Assembly (NCBI GenBank): GCA_012518885.1
Contig: JAAYRG010000116.1
Location: 1 to 44,117 of the forward strand
Source of the DNA: Clostridiales bacterium
GTDB lineage: Bacteria > Bacillota > Clostridia > Lachnospirales > Lachnospiraceae
Direction: 5' to 3'
DNA: 44,117 bases
Below the pieces are notes generated by a model. The model saw only the letters and a list, made by a program, of their open reading frames with translations, had not been told where the DNA came from and did not search any database. Below, piece by piece: positions 37,019 to 44,117 of this stretch; the stretch's first letter is position 1; the number at the start of each line of letters is the position of its first letter. The position numbers and the translations under genes were made by a program.

Positions 37019-38998
37019 TTATAGCATAGAAGCTAAGTCTTCCCACTTTTCTAGGAGACACTCTAGCCTATGTTCTATATCTTTCTTTTCATTATTAAGT
37101 TCCATTAACCTTTTAACATCAGTATAAACTTCTTCAAGGGTTAGTAGATTATCTATTTCTTCGTTTCGACTCTCTAACCTAGATATTTCTTCTTCAGTTT
37201 GCTTAAGTTCGTTTTGAAGTTTTCTAAGTCTTGCTTGTTCTTCCTTGTGTTGTATCCAGTCTTGTTTGCCGCTTGAAACAGAAGAATTATCAACCTGGCC
37301 CCTTCCTAGTGAGCTATCTTTGTTAGAGGATGAAAAGATATTAGTGTTATTACTAGATGATTCTTTTGTATTAGCAAGAATGGTCTTTTCTAGGTCTAAC
37401 TTCTTTTCTGTATAATAATCGTAATTACCCAAGTAATTAACTATTGTTTGGTTAGTGAGTTCTAAAATTCTTGATGCAGTTTTGTTTATGAAGTAACGAT
37501 CATGAGAAACATAAAGAACCGTACCGCTATACTGGTTTATTGCTTTTTCTAAAACTTCCTTAGAAGTGATGTCCAAATGGTTGGTAGGCTCATCAAGTAT
37601 TAGGAGATTGGCTTCTGATAGCATTAGTTTAGCAAGGGCAACTCGGCCTCTTTCGCCACCACTTAAATCTTTAATTTGCTTAAAGACATCATCACCAGTA
37701 AATAAGAAGGCAGCGAGTACATTCCTTATAGAAGTATTATTTAAGTAGGGATATTCATCTTGAATCTCTTCAAAAACCGTATTATCTAAGTCTAATAGTT
37801 CTTGTTCTTGGTCAAAGTACCCTATTCTAACCTTTTCACCTAATTTAACAAGTCCCTTGTCAGGTCTTTCTAAGCCATTTATGATTTTTAGAATAGTTGA
37901 CTTTCCAGTACCGTTATTACCAATAATAGCAACATGTTCCCCTCTTTTAATTTCAAAATCAATGTCTTTAAAGAGGCTTACATTATTATATGCCTTAGAT
38001 AAGTTTGTTACAGTAAGAACATCATTACCACTTCTAATGCTTGGTTCGAACTTAATTGACATAGTTTCATCAAACTCATAGGGTTTTTCAATTCTTTCAA
38101 TTTTGCTTAAGGCTTTTTCTCTACTTCTTGCCCTTTTAATGGATTTTTCACGATTAAAAGAACGTAGCTTAGCTATAACTTCCTCTTGGCGCTTTATTTC
38201 TTTTTGCTGATTAAGATAATGCTTTAGCCTAGCTTCATGTTCACTTGCCTTTTTAGCTGAATAATCAGAGTAGTTGCCAGTATAGACCCTAGCCTTGGTA
38301 TTTTCTAATTCAACGACCTTAGTAATTACCTTATCTAGGAAATACCTGTCATGGGCAATAATAAGTACAGCCCCCTTATAATTAGCGAGGAAACCTTCTA
38401 ACCAGGCAATAGTTTCTAAGTCTAAGTGGTTAGTAGGCTCATCAAGAAGTAGTAGGTCAGGATTACTTATTAGAAGTTTACCTAGAGCTATTCTAGTTTT
38501 CTCGCCACCTGATAGGTTATCAACTAGATTATCAAAGTCCTCTTCCCTAAAGCCTAGCCCCTTTAGGATTCCAACAACTTCACTCTTATATGCATATCCA
38601 TTTTGTAATTCAAACTCATGGGTAAGCCTTGAATATGTCTCAAGCATATTCTCTAACCTAGTTCCAGAAGCAGACTTCATATCAACTTCCATTTGCCTTA
38701 TAGTTTCTTCTAACTTTATTATGTCTTCTTTGACACTAAGCATCTCTTGATATATGGTGTTATTTGAAGTAACAGCTTCATGCTGGGCTAAGTATCCAAG
38801 TTTGCAATCTTTTGATATTGTAACAGTTCCATCATCAGCTGATAATTCGTTTAAGATGATTTTAAAAAGGGTAGACTTTCCAGCTCCGTTCACCCCAACA
38901 ATAGCTACCTTTTCGTAATCATCAACTTGAAAGCTAACTTTATCTAATACTTTTGTTATACCAAAACTTTTTTCAATATTATTAACTGACAGTATCAT
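37019..38998 (-). CDS. ABC-F family ATPase (YdiF/Uup-like translation factor type), no TM domain
   Basis: Two cassettes (GVNGAGKST / LSGGEKTR / LLLDEPTNHLD and GNNGTGKST / LSGGERGR / LILDEPTNHLD), an inter-domain K/R/E linker, an S/N-rich stretch and a C-terminal coiled coil. GGAG precedes the ATG at 38998 (MILSVNNIEKSFG); the track start at 39010 lacks an RBS. Confidence 0.88.
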   Translation of the reverse strand: MILSVNNIEKSFGITKVLDKVSFQVDDYEKVAIVGVNGAGKSTLFKIILNELSADDGTVTISKDCKLGYLAQHEAVTSNNTIYQEMLSVKEDIIKLEETIRQMEVDMKSASGTRLENMLETYSRLTHEFELQNGYAYKSEVVGILKGLGFREEDFDNLVDNLSGGEKTRIALGKLLISNPDLLLLDEPTNHLDLETIAWLEGFLANYKGAVLIIAHDRYFLDKVITKVVELENTKARVYTGNYSDYSAKKASEHEARLKHYLNQQKEIKRQEEVIAKLRSFNREKSIKRARSREKALSKIERIEKPYEFDETMSIKFEPSIRSGNDVLTVTNLSKAYNNVSLFKDIDFEIKRGEHVAIIGNNGTGKSTILKIINGLERPDKGLVKLGEKVRIGYFDQEQELLDLDNTVFEEIQDEYPYLNNTSIRNVLAAFLFTGDDVFKQIKDLSGGERGRVALAKLMLSEANLLILDEPTNHLDITSKEVLEKAINQYSGTVLYVSHDRYFINKTASRILELTNQTIVNYLGNYDYYTEKKLDLEKTILANTKESSSNNTNIFSSSNKDSSLGRGQVDNSSVSSGKQDWIQHKEEQARLRKLQNELKQTEEEISRLESRNEEIDNLLTLEEVYTDVKRLMELNNEKKDIEHRLECLLEKWEDLASML

Positions 38999-39192
38999 AT
39001 CATTCTCCATTACATAATTACTTATATATGTAAGTTTTATATTTTGTCTAAGGGTATTGCCCTAGGACCATCTTATATTGTAACATTCAAATCATTTTGT
39101 ATCAATTATATTTTGATTTCCTTAAGACTTAACTAAAACAATTTAATATATTACCTAAAATATAAAGAAAAAGAGAAAATTTGTCTATACAA

Positions 39193-39221
39193 TTGACAAT
39201 ATATTGACAATCCAATATAAT
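39193..39221 (+). promoter_or_regulatory. Consensus sigma-A promoter of rex
   Basis: TTGACA (39193-39198), a 17-nt spacer, then TATAAT (39216-39221). It is embedded in a tandem ATTGACAAT repeat. Confidence 0.7.
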
Positions 39222-39267
39222 TAATAAAGATACAGATATACTAATCATTTGTAAGGAGGAAACTAGG

Positions 39268-39906
39268 GTGGCAGAAAATATATCTTCCGCAGTAATTGGT
39301 CGTTTGCCTAGGTATTATAGATATTTAGGTGATTTAAAAGAAGCTGGTGTAGTTCGTATATCTTCACAAGAATTAAGTAAAAAGATGAATGTTACGGCGT
39401 CTCAAATCCGTCAAGATTTTAATAACTTTGGAGGGTTTGGGCAACAAGGATATGGCTATAACGTGGAACTTCTATACAATGAAATTGGTAAAATACTAGG
39501 TTTAGATAAGAACTTCAACATGATTATTATAGGTGCGGGTAACCTAGGACAAGCAATTGCTAACTATAAAGATTTTGATAGAAGAGGATTTAAACTGGTT
39601 GGAATTTTTGATGTTAATCCTAAGTTAGAAGGTCTTTCAATTAGGGATATACCTATTATGAGTATAGATAAATTAGAAAGTTTTATTAAAGAGCACAATG
39701 TTCATATTGCAGCCCTAACTATACCTAAGTTACATGCTCCAGCTATAGCTAAGCAACTTGTAGATTACGGTGTTAAGGCTATATGGAATTTTGCGCCTGT
39801 AGACCTTAATTTACCAGAAGGTTTCATTGTAGAGAATGTACATTTAGCAGAAAGTCTAATGCAACTTTCTTATGCCTTAACAGCTAGTGAAAGAGATAGT
39901 AATTAA
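39268..39906 (+). CDS. rex: Redox-sensing transcriptional repressor Rex, GTG start
   Basis: 212 aa. N-terminal winged helix with RLPRYYRYL and SQIRQDF, and a Rossmann motif GAGNLGQAIANY. AGGAGG RBS 7 nt upstream of the GTG. Confidence 0.93.
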   Translation: MAENISSAVIGRLPRYYRYLGDLKEAGVVRISSQELSKKMNVTASQIRQDFNNFGGFGQQGYGYNVELLYNEIGKILGLDKNFNMIIIGAGNLGQAIANYKDFDRRGFKLVGIFDVNPKLEGLSIRDIPIMSIDKLESFIKEHNVHIAALTIPKLHAPAIAKQLVDYGVKAIWNFAPVDLNLPEGFIVENVHLAESLMQLSYALTASERDSN

Positions 39907-39963
39907 TTTCTGATTAAATGGATATTCACCTGTAAACATAATATAATAATGTATAACATAAGG

Positions 39964-39990
39964 ACCGACAAAGAAATTTGTCGGTTTTGT
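39964..39990 (+). terminator. Rho-independent terminator after rex
   Basis: ACCGACAAA-GAAA-TTTGTCGGT followed by TTTGTT. Confidence 0.75.
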
Positions 39991-40022
39991 TATAAGCAAA
40001 TCCAAATTAAGAAGGGATAAGA

Positions 40023-40397
40023 ATGATAATTGCTATAGGAACAGACTTAATTGAAATAGAGCGTGTAGTTAAGGCTTGTAAGAAAGTTTCCTTCCAGGAA
40101 AAATACTATACCCAAGCAGAAAGAGAACTTTGTAGTAGTGATATGGTAAAGTTTGCTGATAACTTTGCAGTAAAAGAGAGTATAGCCAAAATGCTTGGGA
40201 CAGGATTTCGAGGGATTAAACCAATAGAAATAGAAGTTCTAAGAGATTCCCTTGGAAAGCCATATGTTAACCTATATGGAAAAAGTTTAGAAAGGGCTAG
40301 TGAACTTGGAATAAATAGCATACTTGTTACAATATCAAACACAAAGGATTATAGCCTTGCTTTTGTTGTAGGGGCTAGGGAAGGTGATGGGATATGA
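40023..40397 (+). CDS. acpS: Holo-[acyl-carrier-protein] synthase
   Basis: 124 aa. N-terminal IGTDLIEIERV motif and a size typical of AcpS. Confidence 0.9.
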   Translation: MIIAIGTDLIEIERVVKACKKVSFQEKYYTQAERELCSSDMVKFADNFAVKESIAKMLGTGFRGIKPIEIEVLRDSLGKPYVNLYGKSLERASELGINSILVTISNTKDYSLAFVVGAREGDGI

Positions 40398-41944
40398 GAC
40401 AGGTTTTAGATGCACAAGCTATGAAGTGGCTTGATGACTATACAATTAATAATATTGGCATTCCTTCAATGGTTCTGATGGAGAGGGCAGCACTTTCTGT
40501 GGCAACTTGTATTAAGGAACATGTTACAAAGGCAGATAAAATATTAGCCCTTGCAGGTACTGGTAACAATGGGGCAGATGCCATTGCTGCAGGAAGGATA
40601 TTAAAGCAGCAGGGCTATGATGTAGATATTGTCTTAGTTGGTAATAAGGAAAAATGCTCATTAGAATCTAGGAATCAAATTAATATTGCAAGGAATTTAG
40701 GCATATCTTTATACAATAATGTTGATATAAAAGAATATAATGTAATAATAGATGGTTTGCTAGGGATTGGACTTAACCAACCTGTAAGAAGTGAGTTCTT
40801 AGATTATATTAAAGCAATTAACCAAGCAGATAAAAAGGTTTTTTCAATTGACTTACCATCAGGAATCTGTGCAACTAGTGGAAGGGTACTAGGTCAGGCT
40901 ATAAGAGCTGATTACACAATTACTTTTGGATATAATAAAATTGGTTTGATTTTATATCCGGGTTGTGAGTATGCTGGCCAAGTGATAGTTTCAGACATTG
41001 GTTTTCCTAGGATAGAAGAACTAGAAGAATGCAATTTAAAACACAAATACAAGTACTATATATATGACAATTCTGACTTAGCTAGGCTTCCTATGAGAAA
41101 AAATGACTCTCACAAGGGTGACTATGGAAGGGTTCTTGTAATTGCAGGTTCAAAGGGTATGAATGGGGCATGTTATCTTACATCTTTAGCGGCATACAGA
41201 TCTGGTTCGGGTCTTGTGAAGGCTTTAATTCCAGAAGATAATGAAATAGCCATGCAAGCCCTACTTCCTGAAGTGATTTTATCCACCTATGAAAGAACTA
41301 ACAGGCTAAATGACAAGGATAAAGATAATATAGTTAAAGAACTAGAATGGGCAGATGTTATTGCATTAGGGCCAGGTTTTGGAAAAGACGAAATATCCTT
41401 TGAGATACTGAGTCTAGTATTAAACAAATCCAGGGTACCACTTGTAATTGATGCTGACGGAATAAATATATTAAGTGAAATACTTACTAGTAAATTGATA
41501 ACTAACAATAATAATATAGAAGAGAGAATAGGTCTTTTAAGAGAAATCTTACCTAAGGATACGATACTAACTCCACACATAAAGGAATTATCAAGATTAT
41601 TAAATATAGAAGTGTCTGAAATAAAAGACGATATATTTAATGTAATAAATGCTTGTACAAAAAATAATCATATAACCTTCATTGCAAAAGATGCAAGAAC
41701 AGTCGTAGCCTATGAAAATGATAGGTTTATTAATACAAGTGGCAATTCTGGGATGTCGACTGGAGGAAGCGGAGACGTCCTAACTGGTATAATAGCTAGT
41801 CTTATTGGTCAAGGTTTAAGTCCTAGGGAAGGGGCTGTACTTGGAGTTTATATTCATGGGCTTGCAGGGGATACCTATTCTAGAGAAAAGAACCAGTTCT
41901 CATTAATAGCAAGGGATATAATTGATGGTCTTGCGAAGATTTAG
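40394..41944 (+). CDS. nnr: Bifunctional NAD(P)H-hydrate repair enzyme (epimerase / ADP-dependent dehydratase)
   Basis: 516 aa. YjeF_N domain (GTGNNGADA) fused to a carbohydrate-kinase-like domain (GGSGDVLTG). ATGA overlap with acpS. Confidence 0.9.
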   Translation: MRQVLDAQAMKWLDDYTINNIGIPSMVLMERAALSVATCIKEHVTKADKILALAGTGNNGADAIAAGRILKQQGYDVDIVLVGNKEKCSLESRNQINIARNLGISLYNNVDIKEYNVIIDGLLGIGLNQPVRSEFLDYIKAINQADKKVFSIDLPSGICATSGRVLGQAIRADYTITFGYNKIGLILYPGCEYAGQVIVSDIGFPRIEELEECNLKHKYKYYIYDNSDLARLPMRKNDSHKGDYGRVLVIAGSKGMNGACYLTSLAAYRSGSGLVKALIPEDNEIAMQALLPEVILSTYERTNRLNDKDKDNIVKELEWADVIALGPGFGKDEISFEILSLVLNKSRVPLVIDADGINILSEILTSKLITNNNNIEERIGLLREILPKDTILTPHIKELSRLLNIEVSEIKDDIFNVINACTKNNHITFIAKDARTVVAYENDRFINTSGNSGMSTGGSGDVLTGIIASLIGQGLSPREGAVLGVYIHGLAGDTYSREKNQFSLIARDIIDGLAKI

Positions 41945-42050
41945 AGAATGGTTTATTATTAATCTGATTTTATTTTTCATTAATAATCTAGTTATTGATA
42001 TTAATATAAGTTAATATTGTAACAAATCTATATGTGGAGGAAAAACTAGC

Positions 42051-43256
42051 ATGTCGGACAAGGAAATATATCCTTTGGATAAAGATACATTAAGAAAAAG
42101 CAAATATTATAGAGTAGAAGCAGATATTGATTTAGATGCTATATACGACAACATTGTTAATATAAAGGAAACCTTGAAAAATGGTACTAAACTTATGGTT
42201 ATTGTTAAGGCAGACGGCTATGGCCATGGAGCAGTACCTATAGCTAAGAAAATAGATTGCCTTATAGATGGTTATGGAATAGCAACAGTAGAAGAAGGTA
42301 TTAGTTTAAGAAATGCAGGAATTAATAAGAGTATTTTGATACTTGGCTATACTTGTAGTCAGCAATATGAGGAAGTAGTAAAGTATGATATTACGCCATC
42401 AATATTCCAATACCAGGCAGCAGCAATGCTTTCAAAAGAAGCTACAAGACAAGGAAAGACAGTTAAAATTCACATAAAGATTGACACAGGAATGAGCAGG
42501 TTAGGATTTTCTTGTAATAAAGAAAGTGTTGAAGAAATCATTAATATATCCAAATTAGAAGGTATTGAAATTGAAGGAATCTTTAGTCATTTTGCTTGTG
42601 CAGATGAGCTAAATAAAGATTCTACTTATGAACAACTTGATAAGTTCCTTGGTCTAGTACAAGAATTAGAACGAAATAATATATATATTCCAATTAAACA
42701 TATTTCTAACTCGGCTGGAATAATTGATATTCCTAAGGCTAATCTTGATTTAGTTAGGTGTGGAATAGCTACATATGGTTTATATCCATCGAAAGACGTA
42801 AATCAAAGACGTGTAGAATTAAAGCCCTCACTTTCCCTAAAAACACACGTAAGTTTTGTTAAATCAGTAGAAGAGGGTGTAGGAGTTAGTTATGGGGGGA
42901 CCTATATAACAAGTAAGACTACTAAGATAGCCACAATTCCAGTTGGATATGGAGATGGTTATCCTAGAAACTTATCATCAAAGGGAAGGGTTCTTATTCG
43001 TGGAAAGTCAGCACCTATTATAGGTAGAATTTGCATGGACCAGTTTATGGTTGATGTAAGTCATATTGATATAGTAGAACAAGGAGATGTTGTAACCCTA
43101 ATAGGTAGGGATAAAGATGAATATATTTCAGTAGAGGAATTGGCTGACTTATCAGGAACATTTAATTATGAGTTTATTTGTAATTTGGGAAAAAGAATAC
43201 CAAGGCTTTATTACTCTAACAACAAGTTAGTTGATATAAGAGAGTATATTAATTAG
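42051..43256 (+). CDS. alr: Alanine racemase
   Basis: 401 aa. PLP-lysine motif VVKADGYGHG and a C-terminal beta-domain with VSYGG and GRICMD motifs. GGAGG RBS. Confidence 0.93.
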   Translation: MSDKEIYPLDKDTLRKSKYYRVEADIDLDAIYDNIVNIKETLKNGTKLMVIVKADGYGHGAVPIAKKIDCLIDGYGIATVEEGISLRNAGINKSILILGYTCSQQYEEVVKYDITPSIFQYQAAAMLSKEATRQGKTVKIHIKIDTGMSRLGFSCNKESVEEIINISKLEGIEIEGIFSHFACADELNKDSTYEQLDKFLGLVQELERNNIYIPIKHISNSAGIIDIPKANLDLVRCGIATYGLYPSKDVNQRRVELKPSLSLKTHVSFVKSVEEGVGVSYGGTYITSKTTKIATIPVGYGDGYPRNLSSKGRVLIRGKSAPIIGRICMDQFMVDVSHIDIVEQGDVVTLIGRDKDEYISVEELADLSGTFNYEFICNLGKRIPRLYYSNNKLVDIREYIN

Positions 43257-43362
43257 TAAGATACTACTTTAGCCTATTTGATGATTTACTTATATACAAG
43301 AACATTTTATGGAATACAAATAGAAAAACGGGAAATGATATAACTAAGCCATAAAATGGAGT

Positions 43363-43719
43363 GTGAGTAAAGTGAAGATTAGACGAGGCGATATATTTTA
43401 TGCTGACCTAAGACCTGTAGTTGGGTCAGAACAAGGAGGTGTGCGGCCGGTACTGATTATCCAAAATGACACTGGAAACAAACATAGTCCAACAGTAATA
43501 TGCGCTGCATTAACCTCAAAAATGAACAAAGCAAAATTACCAACCCATGTTCAAATAGATGCAGAGAAGTATGGAGTAATAAAAGACTCGGTAATTCTCT
43601 TAGAACAGATAAGAACTATAGATAAATCTAGATTAAAGGAAAAAGTCTGTCATTTAGATAATGTAATTCTAAGTAAAGTAAACCGTGCTTTAATAATTAG
43701 CTTGGCTCTTGATACATAA
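43363..43719 (+). CDS. mazF: MazF/EndoA (PemK-family) mRNA interferase toxin
   Basis: Very close to B. subtilis EndoA/YdcE as I recall it ([29 protein letters not shown]…KLPTHV…[13 protein letters not shown]). The likely true start is the GTG at 43372 (MKIRRGD), with GGAGTG 8 nt upstream. Confidence 0.92.
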   Translation: MSKVKIRRGDIFYADLRPVVGSEQGGVRPVLIIQNDTGNKHSPTVICAALTSKMNKAKLPTHVQIDAEKYGVIKDSVILLEQIRTIDKSRLKEKVCHLDNVILSKVNRALIISLALDT

Positions 43720-43728
43720 AATAAAAAT

Positions 43729-43774
43729 AAACCAGCAGGCAAGTTAGTGTTTATAAGGCTTTGCTGGTTTTTTT
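43729..43774 (+). terminator. Rho-independent terminator after mazF
   Basis: AAACCAGCA (43729-43737) / TGCTGGTTT (43762-43770) with the T-run extending to 43774. Confidence 0.7.
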
Positions 43775-43807
43775 AAATTTTTATTTTAAAAAACTTTAAA
43801 ATTTTGC

Positions 43808-43836
43808 TTGCATTTATTTTTAAACTATAGTATACT
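43808..43836 (+). promoter_or_regulatory. Promoter P1 of a tandem pair (probable stable-RNA operon promoter)
   Basis: TTGCAT (43808-43813), a 17-nt spacer, TATACT (43831-43836), with an A/T-rich upstream tract. Confidence 0.5.
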
Positions 43837-44000
43837 ACCTAAGTTGCCAAAAACGAAGTAAGCAACAAGCACTTATTCGAATTAAAACATCAATGATTTT
43901 AAAGCGATAACTTGTATTGGTTTATAAGAAGCTTTACCCCTAATTTGACTAAGGCTAAAAATTAACACAAAAACAATTTTTAAAAAAATAAAAAAAGTTG

Positions 44001-44029
44001 TTGACAAACAAAAATGAATGTGTTAAGAT
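44001..44029 (+). promoter_or_regulatory. Promoter P2 of a tandem pair (probable stable-RNA operon promoter)
   Basis: TTGACA (44001-44006), a 17-nt spacer, TGn-extended TAAGAT (44024-44029). A long A-tract UP-like element lies at 43975-43997. No ORF follows up to the window end. Confidence 0.6.
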
Positions 44030-44117
44030 ATCTTTTGTTGGCGCAAAACACTGCCGACAAAAACAAATGGCTAGACGCTAGCAACTGCAAGTGTTACAGC
44101 CGATTTGAACCTTGATA

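Noticed and set aside
21179-39010. N-terminal extensions suggested by the ORF track (starts at 21179, 21536, 25365, 30224, and minus-strand starts at 30034, 39010 and 11652)
   Set aside because: In each case an internal ATG, TTG or GTG is preceded by a GGAG/GGAGG at 5-9 nt and gives a family-typical N-terminus. The longer form has no RBS.
768-41580. The remaining short antisense or overlapping ORFs in the track: 768-977, 3119-3331, 3473-3748, 5998-6303, 6658-6885, 7705-7890, 8665-8892, 9120-9362, 12243-12497, 15973-16254, 22567-22875, 24758-24961, 29859-30059, 30297-30488, 33315-33572, 34094-34282, 34751-35041, 36870-37061, 37566-37748, 37857-38081, 40106-40342 and 41287-41580
   Set aside because: Each is embedded opposite, or out of frame within, a confidently identified gene. 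They lack Shine-Dalgarno sequences and have biased low-complexity composition.
43281-43343. 20-codon ORF (MIYLYTRTFYGIQIEKREMI) in the alr-mazF gap as a possible mini-antitoxin
   Set aside because: It has no RBS, is far too short for an RHH/AbrB-type MazE, and is hydrophobic or aromatic rather than acidic. It is most likely fortuitous.
1-44117. Search for CRISPR arrays, transposases, integrases, phage genes, IS inverted repeats, and tRNA/rRNA genes
   Set aside because: I found no regularly spaced direct repeats, no recombinase or transposase-like ORF in the six-frame track, and no tRNA cloverleaf or rRNA signature. The window reads as core chromosome.

Overview
This is an AT-rich chromosomal segment of Firmicutes/Clostridia type, judged from GGAGG-type ribosome-binding sites, a T-box leader, Rex, single-chain PFOR and a YesM/YesN-type two-component system. 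All product calls rest on motif recognition and recalled family knowledge, because no searches could be run. I support about 36 protein genes and saw no rRNA or tRNA gene, CRISPR array, transposase, integrase or phage gene. Most of the window is core housekeeping: T-box-leuS, luxS, trpS plus a 2-hydroxyacid dehydrogenase, an XRE-cupin regulator plus potABCD, aroC, a mannitol-dehydrogenase-family gene, sbcDC, PFOR, an isocitrate/isopropylmalate-dehydrogenase-family gene, an ABC-F ATPase, rex, and acpS-nnr-alr-mazF. It ends in two tandem near-consensus promoters that look like the start of a stable-RNA operon. Four places deserve a second look. (1) At 26.6-36.9 kb a YesM/YesN-like sensor kinase and AraC-type response regulator sit beside an M24 'peptidase' whose two metal-binding Asp residues are replaced. 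Next to it are a RhaSTPQ/Lsr-type sugar ABC transporter and rhaM. The M24 gene and the transporter operon carry the same promoter architecture, and no sugar catabolic genes are nearby. (2) A well-conserved MazF/EndoA toxin gene follows alr with no antitoxin ORF in the 106-bp gap. (3) A signal-peptide-less S8 subtilase sits next to a strongly translated 66-aa Cys/Gly-rich peptide made of two repeated hydrophobic units, and a Tyr-rich small protein. (4) An orphan gene pair encodes a very acidic 227-aa protein and a 92-aa protein that share a short motif. I see no clear defence island or mobile element, and the novelty claims are hypotheses that need database searches.
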